DNA from: an uncultured Nitrososphaerota archaeon
Lineage (GTDB): Archaea > Thermoproteota > Nitrososphaeria > Nitrososphaerales > CADDZS01
DNA length: 64,000 bases
Reading direction: 5' to 3'
Assembly: GCA_963799845.1 (NCBI GenBank)
Contig: CAWCYI010000006.1
Coordinates: 864,001 to 928,000 of the forward strand
Shown: in pieces, positions 54,233-63,659 of the stretch
How the letters are laid out: every line of letters starts with the position of its first letter
Numbering within the stretch: the stretch's first letter is position 1
Notes under the pieces: model-generated
The model's database searches: none
The model's input: only the letters and a program-made list of their open reading frames with translations
What the model was told of the DNA's origin: nothing
Translations under genes and position numbers: made by a program

Positions 54233-55256
54233 ACAAGACATGCAAAGAGATAGTAGAACAATCTTACCACGTAGTTCCTTGATGTTGTTTTTATCAGGAA
54301 TTGATTTGACATTCGGTAGCTTGTCTCTATGCCCCAGCGGTTCTTGAATAGCCTTAGGATTGTTTCAGCTTTGTAGGGAAGATTTGTTGCAAACAGGTAC
54401 TTGTAATCCTTTGTCTTGTCATATGCCACTACAACTTCAAACGAGGCTTGTTCAGATTCCCTCCTCCTGTGTCCGCTAGTAGTGTACGTGAACCTCCTAC
54501 CCTGCCAGAGCCTCATTTTCTTTGTCTTGTAGGTTGGAGCCATTCGCACGATGTACTTGAGTCCAGATTCCTCAAGAAATCTGAGTAGGTTTGTGTGAAA
54601 GAATCCGCCGTCAAAAACCAGATAGCGAATTCTTATTTTCAGCTCTTCTTGCAGTTTTCGGACAATTTGTGTGGTAGACGAGACAAGTTCCGAGCCTGAT
54701 GCTAATCCTGTAACAGCTACGATCAGTCTTTCTCCATCTGCTAGAACAGAAGCTGTAAGGTACTTGAATGAATAATTGCTTCCGTCCCTGTGCATGGTTC
54801 CAATGACCATCGGTGTTTCTTCATGATTACCGTAGTACATGACATCATGCAGATCCAAAGCGACAGGGACTGGTAGGCGTAATTTTCTTCTTTTTCTAAG
54901 ATCCTTCACATTCCCGTCTATCAAATTATCGAAGATTTGTTTGACTCTCGCTTCTCTTTGTGATTTAATGTACGAAAGAAGAGTTTCTGCAGTCGGTGAT
55001 TCGCCTAGAGATTTCGAAACACCTTCAGCAAATCCATTTACCAAGCTCGCCGAGATGAGCAGGTTTAGGTGTTCATTCTTGGAATAAATCGCTCTCTCCT
55101 TCAGCTCATATGTCAGCAGTCCTGAGATGTTTTTCTTTACGAATTCATACAGCTTTCTCGAATTGAACCTCAATTGGAACGTCGGAAACAAGCCCTAAGG
55201 CGGGCTGGCCATAATAATTGCGGCCGGAAATCGCCTAGATTCGTTCGCATCTACTG
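54081..55256 (-). mobile_element. ISH3-like (IS4 superfamily) insertion sequence
   Basis: Terminal IRs CAGTAGTTGCGAA / TTCGCATCTACTG (12 of 13 match); TTCA duplicated at 54077-54080 and 55257-55260. Confidence 0.85.
54094..55191 (-). CDS. DDE transposase (ISH3/IS4-like)
   Basis: VALDLH..YYG, VFDGGF, RWGIETSYR and R.FY..FA...YN.W. Confidence 0.88.
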   Translation of the reverse strand: MFPTFQLRFNSRKLYEFVKKNISGLLTYELKERAIYSKNEHLNLLISASLVNGFAEGVSKSLGESPTAETLLSYIKSQREARVKQIFDNLIDGNVKDLRKRRKLRLPVPVALDLHDVMYYGNHEETPMVIGTMHRDGSNYSFKYLTASVLADGERLIVAVTGLASGSELVSSTTQIVRKLQEELKIRIRYLVFDGGFFHTNLLRFLEESGLKYIVRMAPTYKTKKMRLWQGRRFTYTTSGHRRRESEQASFEVVVAYDKTKDYKYLFATNLPYKAETILRLFKNRWGIETSYRMSNQFLIKTTSRNYVVRLFYYLFACLVYNSWVMYNANQELLHPNESVEVIQMKLLLIGLIMNKSFDMKGKHT

Positions 55257-55420
55257 TTCAGTCGTGGGTAGTTCACTTTCGCAACCGTATACTTCGCCAT
55301 TAAGCGAATCATATGCGGTCGCAAATGGAGTCGCGGTAATACTAGTTTGGTTGAGGTTTCCCGGAACGAGTTTATCATTCTGAAGTAGTAGAGTGCTGCA
55401 ATCGTCCAAGCATTAAACGA

Positions 55421-55448
55421 GGGATTCGCACTCGAATTTACTGATAAA
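55421..55448. repeat. Palindromic repeat family 1, degenerate copy G
   Basis: GGGATTCGCACTC-GAATTTACTGATAAA; resembles copy E and the reverse complement of B/F. Confidence 0.7.
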
Positions 55449-55487
55449 ACTGCGGAGTCTCCAAAGATCCGGTTTTATTTTTTCTCC

Positions 55488-56639
55488 TCAAGTAGGATAC
55501 CTGAGGACTCTATTGTTGGCAGAATCCGCGACCCAGAGGGCCCCCACCGGTCCGATCGTGACATCGGCTGGACCGCGCAACCCGGTAGGGGTCGTAGCGG
55601 CTATCTTAGTGGTCAAGCTCGTCTGCCCCAGTACGATGGAAGCTGCCTCACCTTCGACAAGCCCGCTTTTGACGGGATTGAGAAACTCCAAGACTCTGTT
55701 GTTAAAATAATCCGACGCCCAGACGTTCCCCGACGAGTCGATCGCGAGTCCCTCGGGAAGATTCATTCCCGTCGCGCTCGTAGCAGCTGTATTTGAAAAG
55801 AAGCTCGGCTGACCTAGCACTATGGAAGCGGCTTCGCCATCAGTGAAGCCAGGTCCCTTCGTGAACTGGAGGACTCTGTTGTTAACCTCATCCGAAACCC
55901 AGAGATTCCCGGCTGGGCCGAATGAGAGAGCATCGGGGTAATACATGCCGGTCGGGGTCGTAGCGGCTGTATTGGTGGTCATGCTCAACTGACCTAAAAC
56001 AATGGATGCTGCCTCATCGCTCTTGAAGCCTGCCCCCTTTACGAACTCTAAAACTCTGTTGTTAAAATAATCCGCTACCCAGAGGTTACCAGACGAGTCG
56101 AAAGTGATGTCAGAAGGACCATACATGCCCGTCGCGCTCGTTGCGGGTGCATTGGAGGTGTAACTTGACTGACCCAACACAAGGGATGCAGCTTGACCAT
56201 TCTTGAAACCCGTTCCCTTTACGAACTCTAGGACTCTGTTGTTGCCGGCATCTGCGACCCATACATTTCCTGATGAATCGAGCGCTATCCCGCTTGCATC
56301 CGACAATCCTGTCTTGCTAGTAGCCATTGTCCTAGTAGTAAATGAAGATTGCCCTAAAACGAGAGAAGCTGCCTGGCCAGTTTTGACGGGGTGAACGAAC
56401 TCTAGAACCCTGGCATTAGTATTATCTGCAACCCACACATTTCCGGACGAGTCGACTACAACATCCGAGGGATCGGACATCCCGGTCCTGGTCGTGTGGA
56501 CTGTCCCAGTAGTGAGGTTCGGTTGACCTAAAACAAGAGTGGCTGCCTCACCGTCGCGAAAGGCGAAGATCATCAGGGGGCTCAAACTAAGCAGGGCACA
56601 CACGGCAAAAACAGCAACTATGACGAAGCTTCTATTCAT
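55488..56639 (-). CDS. Secreted NHL-repeat beta-propeller protein
   Basis: Signal peptide; six repeats A..VLGQ...DSSGN.WVAD..NNRVLEF. Confidence 0.9.
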   Translation of the reverse strand: MNRSFVIVAVFAVCALLSLSPLMIFAFRDGEAATLVLGQPNLTTGTVHTTRTGMSDPSDVVVDSSGNVWVADNTNARVLEFVHPVKTGQAASLVLGQSSFTTRTMATSKTGLSDASGIALDSSGNVWVADAGNNRVLEFVKGTGFKNGQAASLVLGQSSYTSNAPATSATGMYGPSDITFDSSGNLWVADYFNNRVLEFVKGAGFKSDEAASIVLGQLSMTTNTAATTPTGMYYPDALSFGPAGNLWVSDEVNNRVLQFTKGPGFTDGEAASIVLGQPSFFSNTAATSATGMNLPEGLAIDSSGNVWASDYFNNRVLEFLNPVKSGLVEGEAASIVLGQTSLTTKIAATTPTGLRGPADVTIGPVGALWVADSANNRVLRYPT

Positions 56640-57225
56640 TTGCGGATTCGGGTGCCCCTGGATTTGATAAACCTTACCAAAGTGCTCAGGGTAATTATCC
56701 TCATCGAATCCGGAATAATCCTGTTCGGGGACTTATGCGCGCGCGCGGTAGACTGGTTTCTAGCATCGAGGTAAATCTCTCGGAAGCATTGCCCATACTT
56801 CCTCTGCGGTTTGGGAGCCCTGCCTTTCATAGTTCGCAATCTACATAAGAAATGAGAGCTTAACTAGAATTCTTACTTTCATCGGTTCCAAGGGGTCAGA
56901 GCTTTCTTCGACACCGGCAATGGCGTTGCTTCCAGCTGAATACCATTCTATACTATTCAACCTCATTTAGAAAATGTGGTCTTACTCTATCGCTCTCGGC
57001 GTTGGCTTTCTTCTGTTGACGAAAGCAACTCCCGTGATTACGACTATAACGAGAACAGCTACCGCGATATAGACTAGCGCGCCTGATGACAGGCTTGTCG
57101 CAGATGAAGAGGGAGAAGTCGTGGAAGATGCTACGCTGGTGGAAACAGAATGGGATGTCGTAGTTATTGTCGAGACCTGCGCGGAAGAGGAAGACAAGTG
57201 TATCGTGCTTTGCGAAATTGAGCTA

Positions 57226-58349
57226 ACCTGGCCGACATAAGTTCATAGACACCTGTTGGTCAGAAGGAATTTCTTCATGTCAAGATGCGAGCAAAACCTT
57301 CGCGTTCGATAGTATTCTGCCAGGATTGATTTCAGTTCTTTCAATGACGTCGGAAAGGTTGGAAGCCTTGAGAGATCCTTCTCACCCTCGCGCCAACACT
57401 CCTCCATCATGTTGAACTCTGGCGAAGCTGTCGGGATCCATCTGACTCTGAGAGTCTTCCTGTTCTTACCCAAATAATCAGTTACGATCCTGGTTTTGTG
57501 GTGTTGCCTTGCTTTGTCAAGGAAGAGATAGAGTGATCCAAACTTCCTGTGCACCTTCTTCAGGTAGTCGAGGAATGTCTCGCCATTGAATTTCTCGTAC
57601 TGCCTGAAGATTTGTGTCCCGTCCAGGCTGATCGCTCCAAACACCACGGTGTTGCCGTGCGAGCCTGACACAATCCGAATCGGTCGAATCCCTTTGACCG
57701 CCCACACCCTTTTGGTTTCTATGTTCTGGACGAAGATTGATTCGTCTTCGGATGCTACGGTGAAGCCTTCCGGGATATTCCTGAGGAGTCTTGCGGTCCT
57801 TTTTTAAATTCGAGCCTCTCTTCGAGGGAAGCCTTGTGAAGTAACCTCTTGTCAGGGACAATTGCTCTCACTCCCCACTTCTGCATCAACCTGTAGATGT
57901 GTCTCTCAGTGTATGCCACGTCTGCTTCCTTGCGGATCATCTCCCTGACCTCCTTCACGGTCCAGCCGCATTCGTTCTTCACGACCTTCCTCTTCACCGC
58001 AATGAACTTGTTGTGATCGAGCTTCGGAGGTCTCCCGCTCCTTTCCATCGTCTTGAGTCCTTCTAGCCCATCTTTCTCGAAACGTCTAAGCCACGGTGTC
58101 GTCCATGATTTGTGCCGGTGAACTTCCCTTGCTACGTGCGACGCCGGGACACCCTCGTACTTGACCTTCAGAACGAGGAATATCCTCTTGCTTACGTTTG
58201 CGTCCCTCTCCTCTCTATAAGCCTCTTCAACAATCTCCTTCGGTGCCTGTAATCGAGACATACAACCTGAGATAGGAAGGGAAGTTGGCCAAAAATGAGA
58301 ATGTCTAGGTCTGTGGCCCTTTCAGTCTAATAATTTATGTCGGCCAGGT
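57226..58349 (-). mobile_element. IS630-family insertion sequence
   Basis: Perfect 15-bp TIR ACCTGGCCGACATAA; TA duplication at 57224-57225 and 58350-58351. Confidence 0.92.
57243..58261 (-). CDS. IS630 transposase, two ORFs joined by a probable -1 programmed frameshift
   Basis: HTH ORF 57755-58261 with RSGRPPKL; TTTAAAAAAG at ~57799-57808; DDE ORF with SEDES, LDKA..H and SPEFN.ME..W. Confidence 0.88.
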
Positions 58350-60366
58350 TAGATTGAACGGCTGCGGTTGAAGTTGCGGAGCTCGTAGCTACCAGGTTCT
58401 GGAATTCTAACACCCTGTCGTTTAGAGCGTCCGCCACCCACAAGCTACCGGAGGAGTCGAACGCCAGTCCCGTGGGAGAAGAAAGACCAATCTGACTTTC
58501 ATTGTTATAGGCATACGATGTCAGGTTAAACGCGCCGATTGCCAGAGATGCATTCTCGTCGTTCTTGAAGGGAGGCAGGTATTCAACTACCCTGTTTGCC
58601 TGCGTATCCGAGACCCAGAGATTTCCTGATTTGTCGAAGGTTAGATCCTTCGGCCCATCGAGACTGCTCGCGTTGGGCTTAAGCGGGCTTTGTGCTGAGA
58701 AGAAACCAGCCTGCCCTAAAACTAGACTAGCGTTTTCGCCATTTGAGAAAGGAGGTTTGAACTCCAAGATCCGGTGTTCATACTGGGCGGCTATCCACAG
58801 ATTGCCTGATTGGTCGACTGCGATCCCTTCCGGGTTCGCGATTGAAGATTGTGTCACATTGCTTGCGGTTGATCCTGCGGAAGTAAAGTTCGGTTGACCA
58901 AGTACCAGGCTTGCGTTCATTCCGTCGGAAAAGGGCGGCTTGAATTCAAGAACCCTTTCAGCTCCAATATCGCCAGCCCATAGATCCCCGCTGTGGTCGA
59001 AAGCAAGGCCCGTCGGGGCTTCAACGCTGAACTGGGTCGTGTTGTATGTAAAATCCAGAGACGCTGTGAAATTAGGCTGGCCGATCACCAGACTCGCGTT
59101 CTCCGAATTCGTGAACGGCGGTTTGAATTCTAATATTCTCGCATTCCCGAGGTCTGAGATCCATAAATTACCGGAAGGATCGAACGCCATCCCTGAAGGG
59201 TTCGAGAGACTGGCCGCGGTCGGAGAGGCGAGGCAGCAAATCTGGGTAAAATTGAACTGACCTATTACGATGCTGGCATTTTCTCCGTTGCTAAACGGGG
59301 GCTGAAACTCTAGAGCCCTGCCGTTGTTGCTGTCCAGCACCCAGAGATTACCCGAGGAATCGAAAGCCACTCTTTGGGGACTAAATAATCCGGCCTGAGT
59401 GGACGGAGCAGGAGTAGAGTTTGCAAAAATGGGAGTAATGTCTGTAGTAAAATTTGGCTGACCAATAACCAATAAAGCGTTCTCCCCATTCCGAAAAGCA
59501 ATCGAGCGAAAAGGAACGAAACTGATTGTGAGAGTTAGAACAAGCAAGGAGAATATCAATATTGGAGGAAGGAGCTTCCTCTTGTATTCCATACCGATGA
59601 CCGGGAAAACGGCTCTTCTTAAAGATTTGAGTCTTGTAGAGCTTGTCAAGTAAGGGAGTTATGTTGAAACGGAGAGAAAGACTCAGAGTTTGATAAACTT
59701 CACGTTTTACTGTCAGCTGCTAGAAGAACCTTTTCTCAAAAATCCCTCCATCTTCTCGATAAATTCCCTGGACTGAACATCCTTCGTCAAAACTATTGAT
59801 CGATCCTTGACCGTTACCTTGAGCTTGGAACCTGATCTTATTCCGGATCGCCGCCAGACAGTCTGAGGTAAAACCACTCTGTGTTTGAATCGAATTTGAC
59901 TGTCTCTCCCAAGATTCCCACTTCAGTTCCCACTGCAATTGATATATGCTCTATTCAGTTTATTCACTTGAGCTGGGAGGACGGACAGACTATCATTGAT
60001 GGCTGTCTCAAAGAATCCCGTTACTTTCAGAGGCTTTTTGATCGGATAATTTCTACTGATTCAAACACTAGTTCCCATTGATTCTTATATTGAAAAAATT
60101 CTGCCGTTTCGCAACCGCGCGTGTTTCCTGAGTGGTGAGCCACGTTCAAGCTCTGTAAGCTCAGAATCAGCTTGGAAAAACTCGTTTCCCAGCACAAGAT
60201 TAGACAAAACTAAGTTCAGTATCGAGGCATTCGCGCAAGTTTTCTCAGGAGTTGAGCCAGTCCTTTTGTCGCTCCTGAACTGAAGGTCTCACGTTCATGA
60301 GTTTCCTTGAAGGGATGAAATACGATTGACAACCATTAAATTAATGCAAATGGAATCCTTCGACAC

Positions 60367-60606
60367 ATGGCTCACAAGACCCTGAAGGTGCCCGGAGGTA
60401 GGCGTTTTACAGTCGTCTTACAAAAAGAAAGTGTCGGCGGGTATTCTGTGAGATGCGTCGAGCTTCCCCAGGCGATTAGCCAGGGTGAAACGAGGGAAGA
60501 AGCGCTCAAAAACATAAAGGAAGCTATCGAGCTTGTTTTAGAGCATCTGGAAGAGAAGGCGAGAGCCCAGAAGGGTAAACTCGAATTCGCAGAGATCGTG
60601 GTATGA
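60367..60606 (+). CDS. hicB: HicB-family antitoxin
   Basis: GGYSV..ELP.AISQGETREEAL.NI.EAI. Confidence 0.9.
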   Translation: MAHKTLKVPGGRRFTVVLQKESVGGYSVRCVELPQAISQGETREEALKNIKEAIELVLEHLEEKARAQKGKLEFAEIVV

Positions 60607-60616
60607 GGCCAGTCGC

Positions 60617-60832
60617 TTGTCCCTACCGGTATTAAGCTGGAGGGACGTTCTGAAGGCTCTTTCGAAGAAAGGCTTCAAGCCAGTCAGGCAAAAAGGCAGT
60701 CACATCATTGTGGAGAACGCAGAAGGCGAATTCACAGTCGTTCCAAGAAAGAACGAGATCAAACCAGGTACTTTGCTTTCAATAATTGAACAGGCGGGTC
60801 TAAGTAAAGCGGAATTCCTTAAGCTGATTTAG
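60617..60832 (+). CDS. hicA: HicA-family toxin
   Basis: L.KKGF..VRQKGSH and VVP...I.PGTL.SI..QAGL. Confidence 0.9.
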   Translation: MSLPVLSWRDVLKALSKKGFKPVRQKGSHIIVENAEGEFTVVPRKNEIKPGTLLSIIEQAGLSKAEFLKLI

Positions 60833-60884
60833 AGATTGAGATAATCGAGAACACAGGGTTAGGGGTCTGCTCATCCTTTTGATG

Positions 60885-61635
60885 CTAAATGCCGTAAATG
60901 TCTCCGCATATACCGAGGAATGAGCCTGTTGCATAACTAGCCTCAACACAAATGTATGTCCCCTGGGCTCCACTTACGTATGTACGAGCGGTGCCTGAAA
61001 CAGTTGCTCCTGCTTTGATTGGAGTTGGCACTGTCACGGACATGGGAATCAAGCCGACTTGGTGTTCGGTGGCACTAAAAGATGTGATTGTCTGAGTACC
61101 AGTATTCTTGACTGTCATCTTCCCACTTTGTGTTCCCCAATAAGGGAGTGAACGACGTACTCCATACAAAATGGATTCCAGAAGAACTGTAAGATACGGG
61201 CTTAGCATTGTCAAGGACAGAACGGCACAAGTCCATAAGCCAATAGCCACTGTTGGAATATACCCCATCTACCTGTATTGCTGTTTGATTTGCTGGAAAC
61301 TCTGTAGATATGCAAATCTTGTACTACTGGTCTGTTTGAAGAATTTGATCGGATGAAGTAGAGACGGAACTACCACTTGTGATGTTGTAGCCCATGTCTT
61401 GGGAATAGGAAATACCACCTTGGCTATCAGTCGTATTGGTCAACTCGGCTGAGTTCAGGTAAGCCCATTTTGCTCCTGAATCAACTATTGTGGTTGTCCA
61501 CGCATACTGTGTCAGGGTGATTGTGACTGTTATCTGTGAAGTCTTGTCATTGTATGCACTTTCGGAAGGAAGGAGCGGGGTAAGAGCCGATGCAAGAAAC
61601 AAAACGATTAGTATTCCTGTTGTGTATTTTTTCAT
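60885..61635 (-). pseudogene. Secreted beta-rich protein with an in-frame TAG (61324-61326) and a frameshift (~61122)
   Basis: Signal peptide MKKYTTGILIVLFLASAL; frame continues past TAG as YKICISTEF; second module W.MTVKNTG...YICVEASY. Confidence 0.55.
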
Positions 61636-61797
61636 CGTTCTACTCGCATTCTTATCTCCGAAGGCCACGTAGGCTAATGAAAAGGTTGATGTTCAAGGCT
61701 ATTTGCTCGTAGTAGTTTTACTGAAGCGTTGCGATCGGAGACCTAATCATATCTCTAAGCGAAGTTCAGAGATACATTACTTGGAGCGGAAGGATGA

Positions 61798-61928
61798 TTA
61801 TAATGGTGGGCTACAAACGCCTACTGATCCTGTCAAATCAATGTCTTGTATGTTCGCGCCTGATGCTACGATATAGTTAGGACTCCCGCATACCGCATTT
61901 TCAAGATTGGCATGCTGCATGTTTGCTC
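61798..61928 (-). repeat. Third, truncated copy of the pentapeptide C-terminal module
   Basis: Translates [42 protein letters not shown], matching the ends of the 11024 and 14031 genes. Confidence 0.9.
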
Positions 61929-62175
61929 GATCTGGATGAGGAACCGTTTGAGCCAAAATTTATCCGAATCCCCAGAGACTAGATGCACGTCTCGTGAGCG
62001 AGGACGTTGCGAAAAAAGAGCGTGCACCGCAAGAGGCCTGGCGTCGCAACACTGGTAAGCGAGTGGCTCGATAGAGTCGTAGAGTGGATGCGAAATCGTC
62101 GCTGAGAATTGGAATTTCAAAATGTTTAGTTTAGTGATAGTGTTGGAGTCGTCAAAAAAGACTCCGAGCGATGAT

Positions 62176-62799
62176 TCAATTTATCGTCAGAGGCTTAGCT
62201 TTCAACAGTTTTCCGTGACTGACGAAGAGAAGCCTCACGGCGCCCATCGCAATATTGTTCTCCAAGACTTCGAGCCCGTAGGCAGAAAGGAGACCGCGCC
62301 AGTACTCTACAAGACAAGTTAGGAGTTCGACAGAAAACGATGCAACGACGTTGACCGCAAAAACCTGATCTTCTTGCCGAGAGGTCGGTGCTCTTTCCAC
62401 CATTTCGATCCTCCCTATATTGAAAGATTGCTTGAGTTGCGCTGCGAGGCTCACGACGTCTTCGATGGCCGGGAAACAGATTTGCAGATACACTCCAAAG
62501 TTGTACCCCGCCTCTCTCCACATCTGTGAAAACTTTTCAGGCTGGAGCATCCCAAACTGTCGAACGAGTTGCTCCATCAAGTTTCGTCCGACCCACTGGA
62601 AAGCACCGACATCTTTTCCTATGCGGTTCATCTCCCAAGCTCCATAGATTTCTTCTGGTTGTCCACCCTTCTCACAGATTTTCAAAGCTGCCCCCAGACA
62701 CTCGTTTGCGAAAGCGTACGAAGTCTTGTCGTCTCGTGCTGCCAACCTGCTCAATTCTTCTGCGATTTCTTCACTAACTGCTATGTTGGATCTTCCCAT
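62176..62799 (-). CDS. Hypothetical protein with an N-terminal RHH-like segment
   Basis: NIAVSEEIAEEL...KTSYAFAN pattern; clean 207-aa ORF. Confidence 0.65.
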   Translation of the reverse strand: MGRSNIAVSEEIAEELSRLAARDDKTSYAFANECLGAALKICEKGGQPEEIYGAWEMNRIGKDVGAFQWVGRNLMEQLVRQFGMLQPEKFSQMWREAGYNFGVYLQICFPAIEDVVSLAAQLKQSFNIGRIEMVERAPTSRQEDQVFAVNVVASFSVELLTCLVEYWRGLLSAYGLEVLENNIAMGAVRLLFVSHGKLLKAKPLTIN

Positions 62800-62938
62800 T
62801 GACCCTCGAAATCAGGTAAGCTAGACTCTGATTTAGGCTTTCATCTGATCGTAGATGTTTGTAGACATTCATCTACGTTTCAACAGTCCGGGAGAAATAC
62901 CCGTTGCAAGGAACTTTGCAGATTGCTGAGTTTTCTGA

Positions 62939-63262
62939 TTGAATAGGATCGATGAAGCGTTCAAGAACGCGGTCTCCAGATACATCAATGTGGTTTTGGG
63001 TACTTCAGGCGAGAAGGTGTTGTTTTCGATTCTCAAAAAGGACTATGGTGCAAACATAGAGGAAGTTGCTGAAAATCCAGAATTGTTGGTAACGGCAATC
63101 GAGAGATTGTTGGGCCCGGCCGGGCGAGATTTGTTGGTAAGATTGGTCTCGGACGAACTCGTCAAGGAATTCGATTTACCCAAATCCCCAGGAGAAGGCA
63201 ACAAAAAGCTATCCGAAATCTTGAGAGAAGCACACCAGAAAGATTCTCCAACTAAAAGCTAG
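62939..63262 (+). CDS. DUF3227/NitrOD5-like small helical protein
   Basis: LG.SG..VL...L...YG.....V..NPE....AIE.LLG.AG pattern. Confidence 0.6.
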   Translation: MNRIDEAFKNAVSRYINVVLGTSGEKVLFSILKKDYGANIEEVAENPELLVTAIERLLGPAGRDLLVRLVSDELVKEFDLPKSPGEGNKKLSEILREAHQKDSPTKS

Positions 63263-63438
63263 ATGTTATTCAGAACAATATTGTCCTGGCCACAGCATGG
63301 GAAAAGTGCGACGAATTAGAAGACCACCCCAAATCGATCGCATCTGGCGATTGTTTAGGCTCGTCCTAAAAAAGAGGTTCCGAACCTATTTCAGTCCGAA
63401 TCCCCAGCGGGCATGAAAATCTTAGATTAGCCTCTCCC

Positions 63439-63618
63439 CTCCAGCAAGAGACAGCTGGAGTTGTGGTCATGGATCCCCGCAGCCTTCGAATCTCTTGTGC
63501 CTTGTGCATGTTCCCCAGCATGGCTGCACAGTCATCGTCACAATTGACGATGATCGAAACGACCGGCCCGCTTGTCCATAATGGACGTACGGGAGATTGT
63601 CGGTCTGGGATCCATGAC
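63439..63618 (+). ncRNA. Structured RNA candidate upstream of the second IS110 gene (possible bridge RNA)
   Basis: CTCCAGC/GCTGGAG hairpin, then a 12-bp stem GTCATGGATCCC/GGGATCCATGAC enclosing arms GCAGCC/GGCTGC, TCATCGTCA/TGACGATGA and GACCGGC/GTCGGTC. Confidence 0.55.
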
Positions 63619-63659
63619 GCAAACAACCAGTCAAACAATAGGAGTATGAATCGAAACCA

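Larger units (their letters stand above)
52735..55276 (+). mobile_element. IS200/IS605-family, IS1341-type (TnpB-only) element with a nested insertion
   Basis: TTAC at 52731-52734, then left end with AAAG plus hairpin CCCATGTTTTAAAACATGGG; right end GAAG-CCCACGA..TCGTGGG-TAGTTCAC split by the nested IS; no tnpA. Confidence 0.85.
56982..59649 (-). pseudogene. NHL-repeat surface protein with Ser/Thr stalk and C-terminal TM anchor, interrupted by IS630
   Basis: Removing the IS and one TA joins ...AAVQS-SSISQSTIHLSSSSAQV...LVYIAVAVLVIVVITGVAFVNRRK in frame. Confidence 0.88.

Noticed and set aside
35516-55448. Palindromic repeats as a CRISPR array
   Set aside because: Spacing is irregular (45 bp to several kb), copies are mosaic, and there are no cas genes.
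35516-55448. Canonical integron attC array
   Set aside because: No RYYYAAC...GTTRRRY ends, genes are in mixed orientation, and no IntI is in the window. Kept only as an analogy.
60107-60117. 11-nt match (TTTCGCAACCG) to the predicted TnpB guide as a self-target
   Set aside because: The match is short and is not preceded by the predicted TTAC TAM.
12301-61326. Stop-codon reassignment (Sec, Pyl or alternative code)
   Set aside because: All three stop types appear in frame, all three also terminate intact genes, and the paralog shows TAC where TAA occurs.
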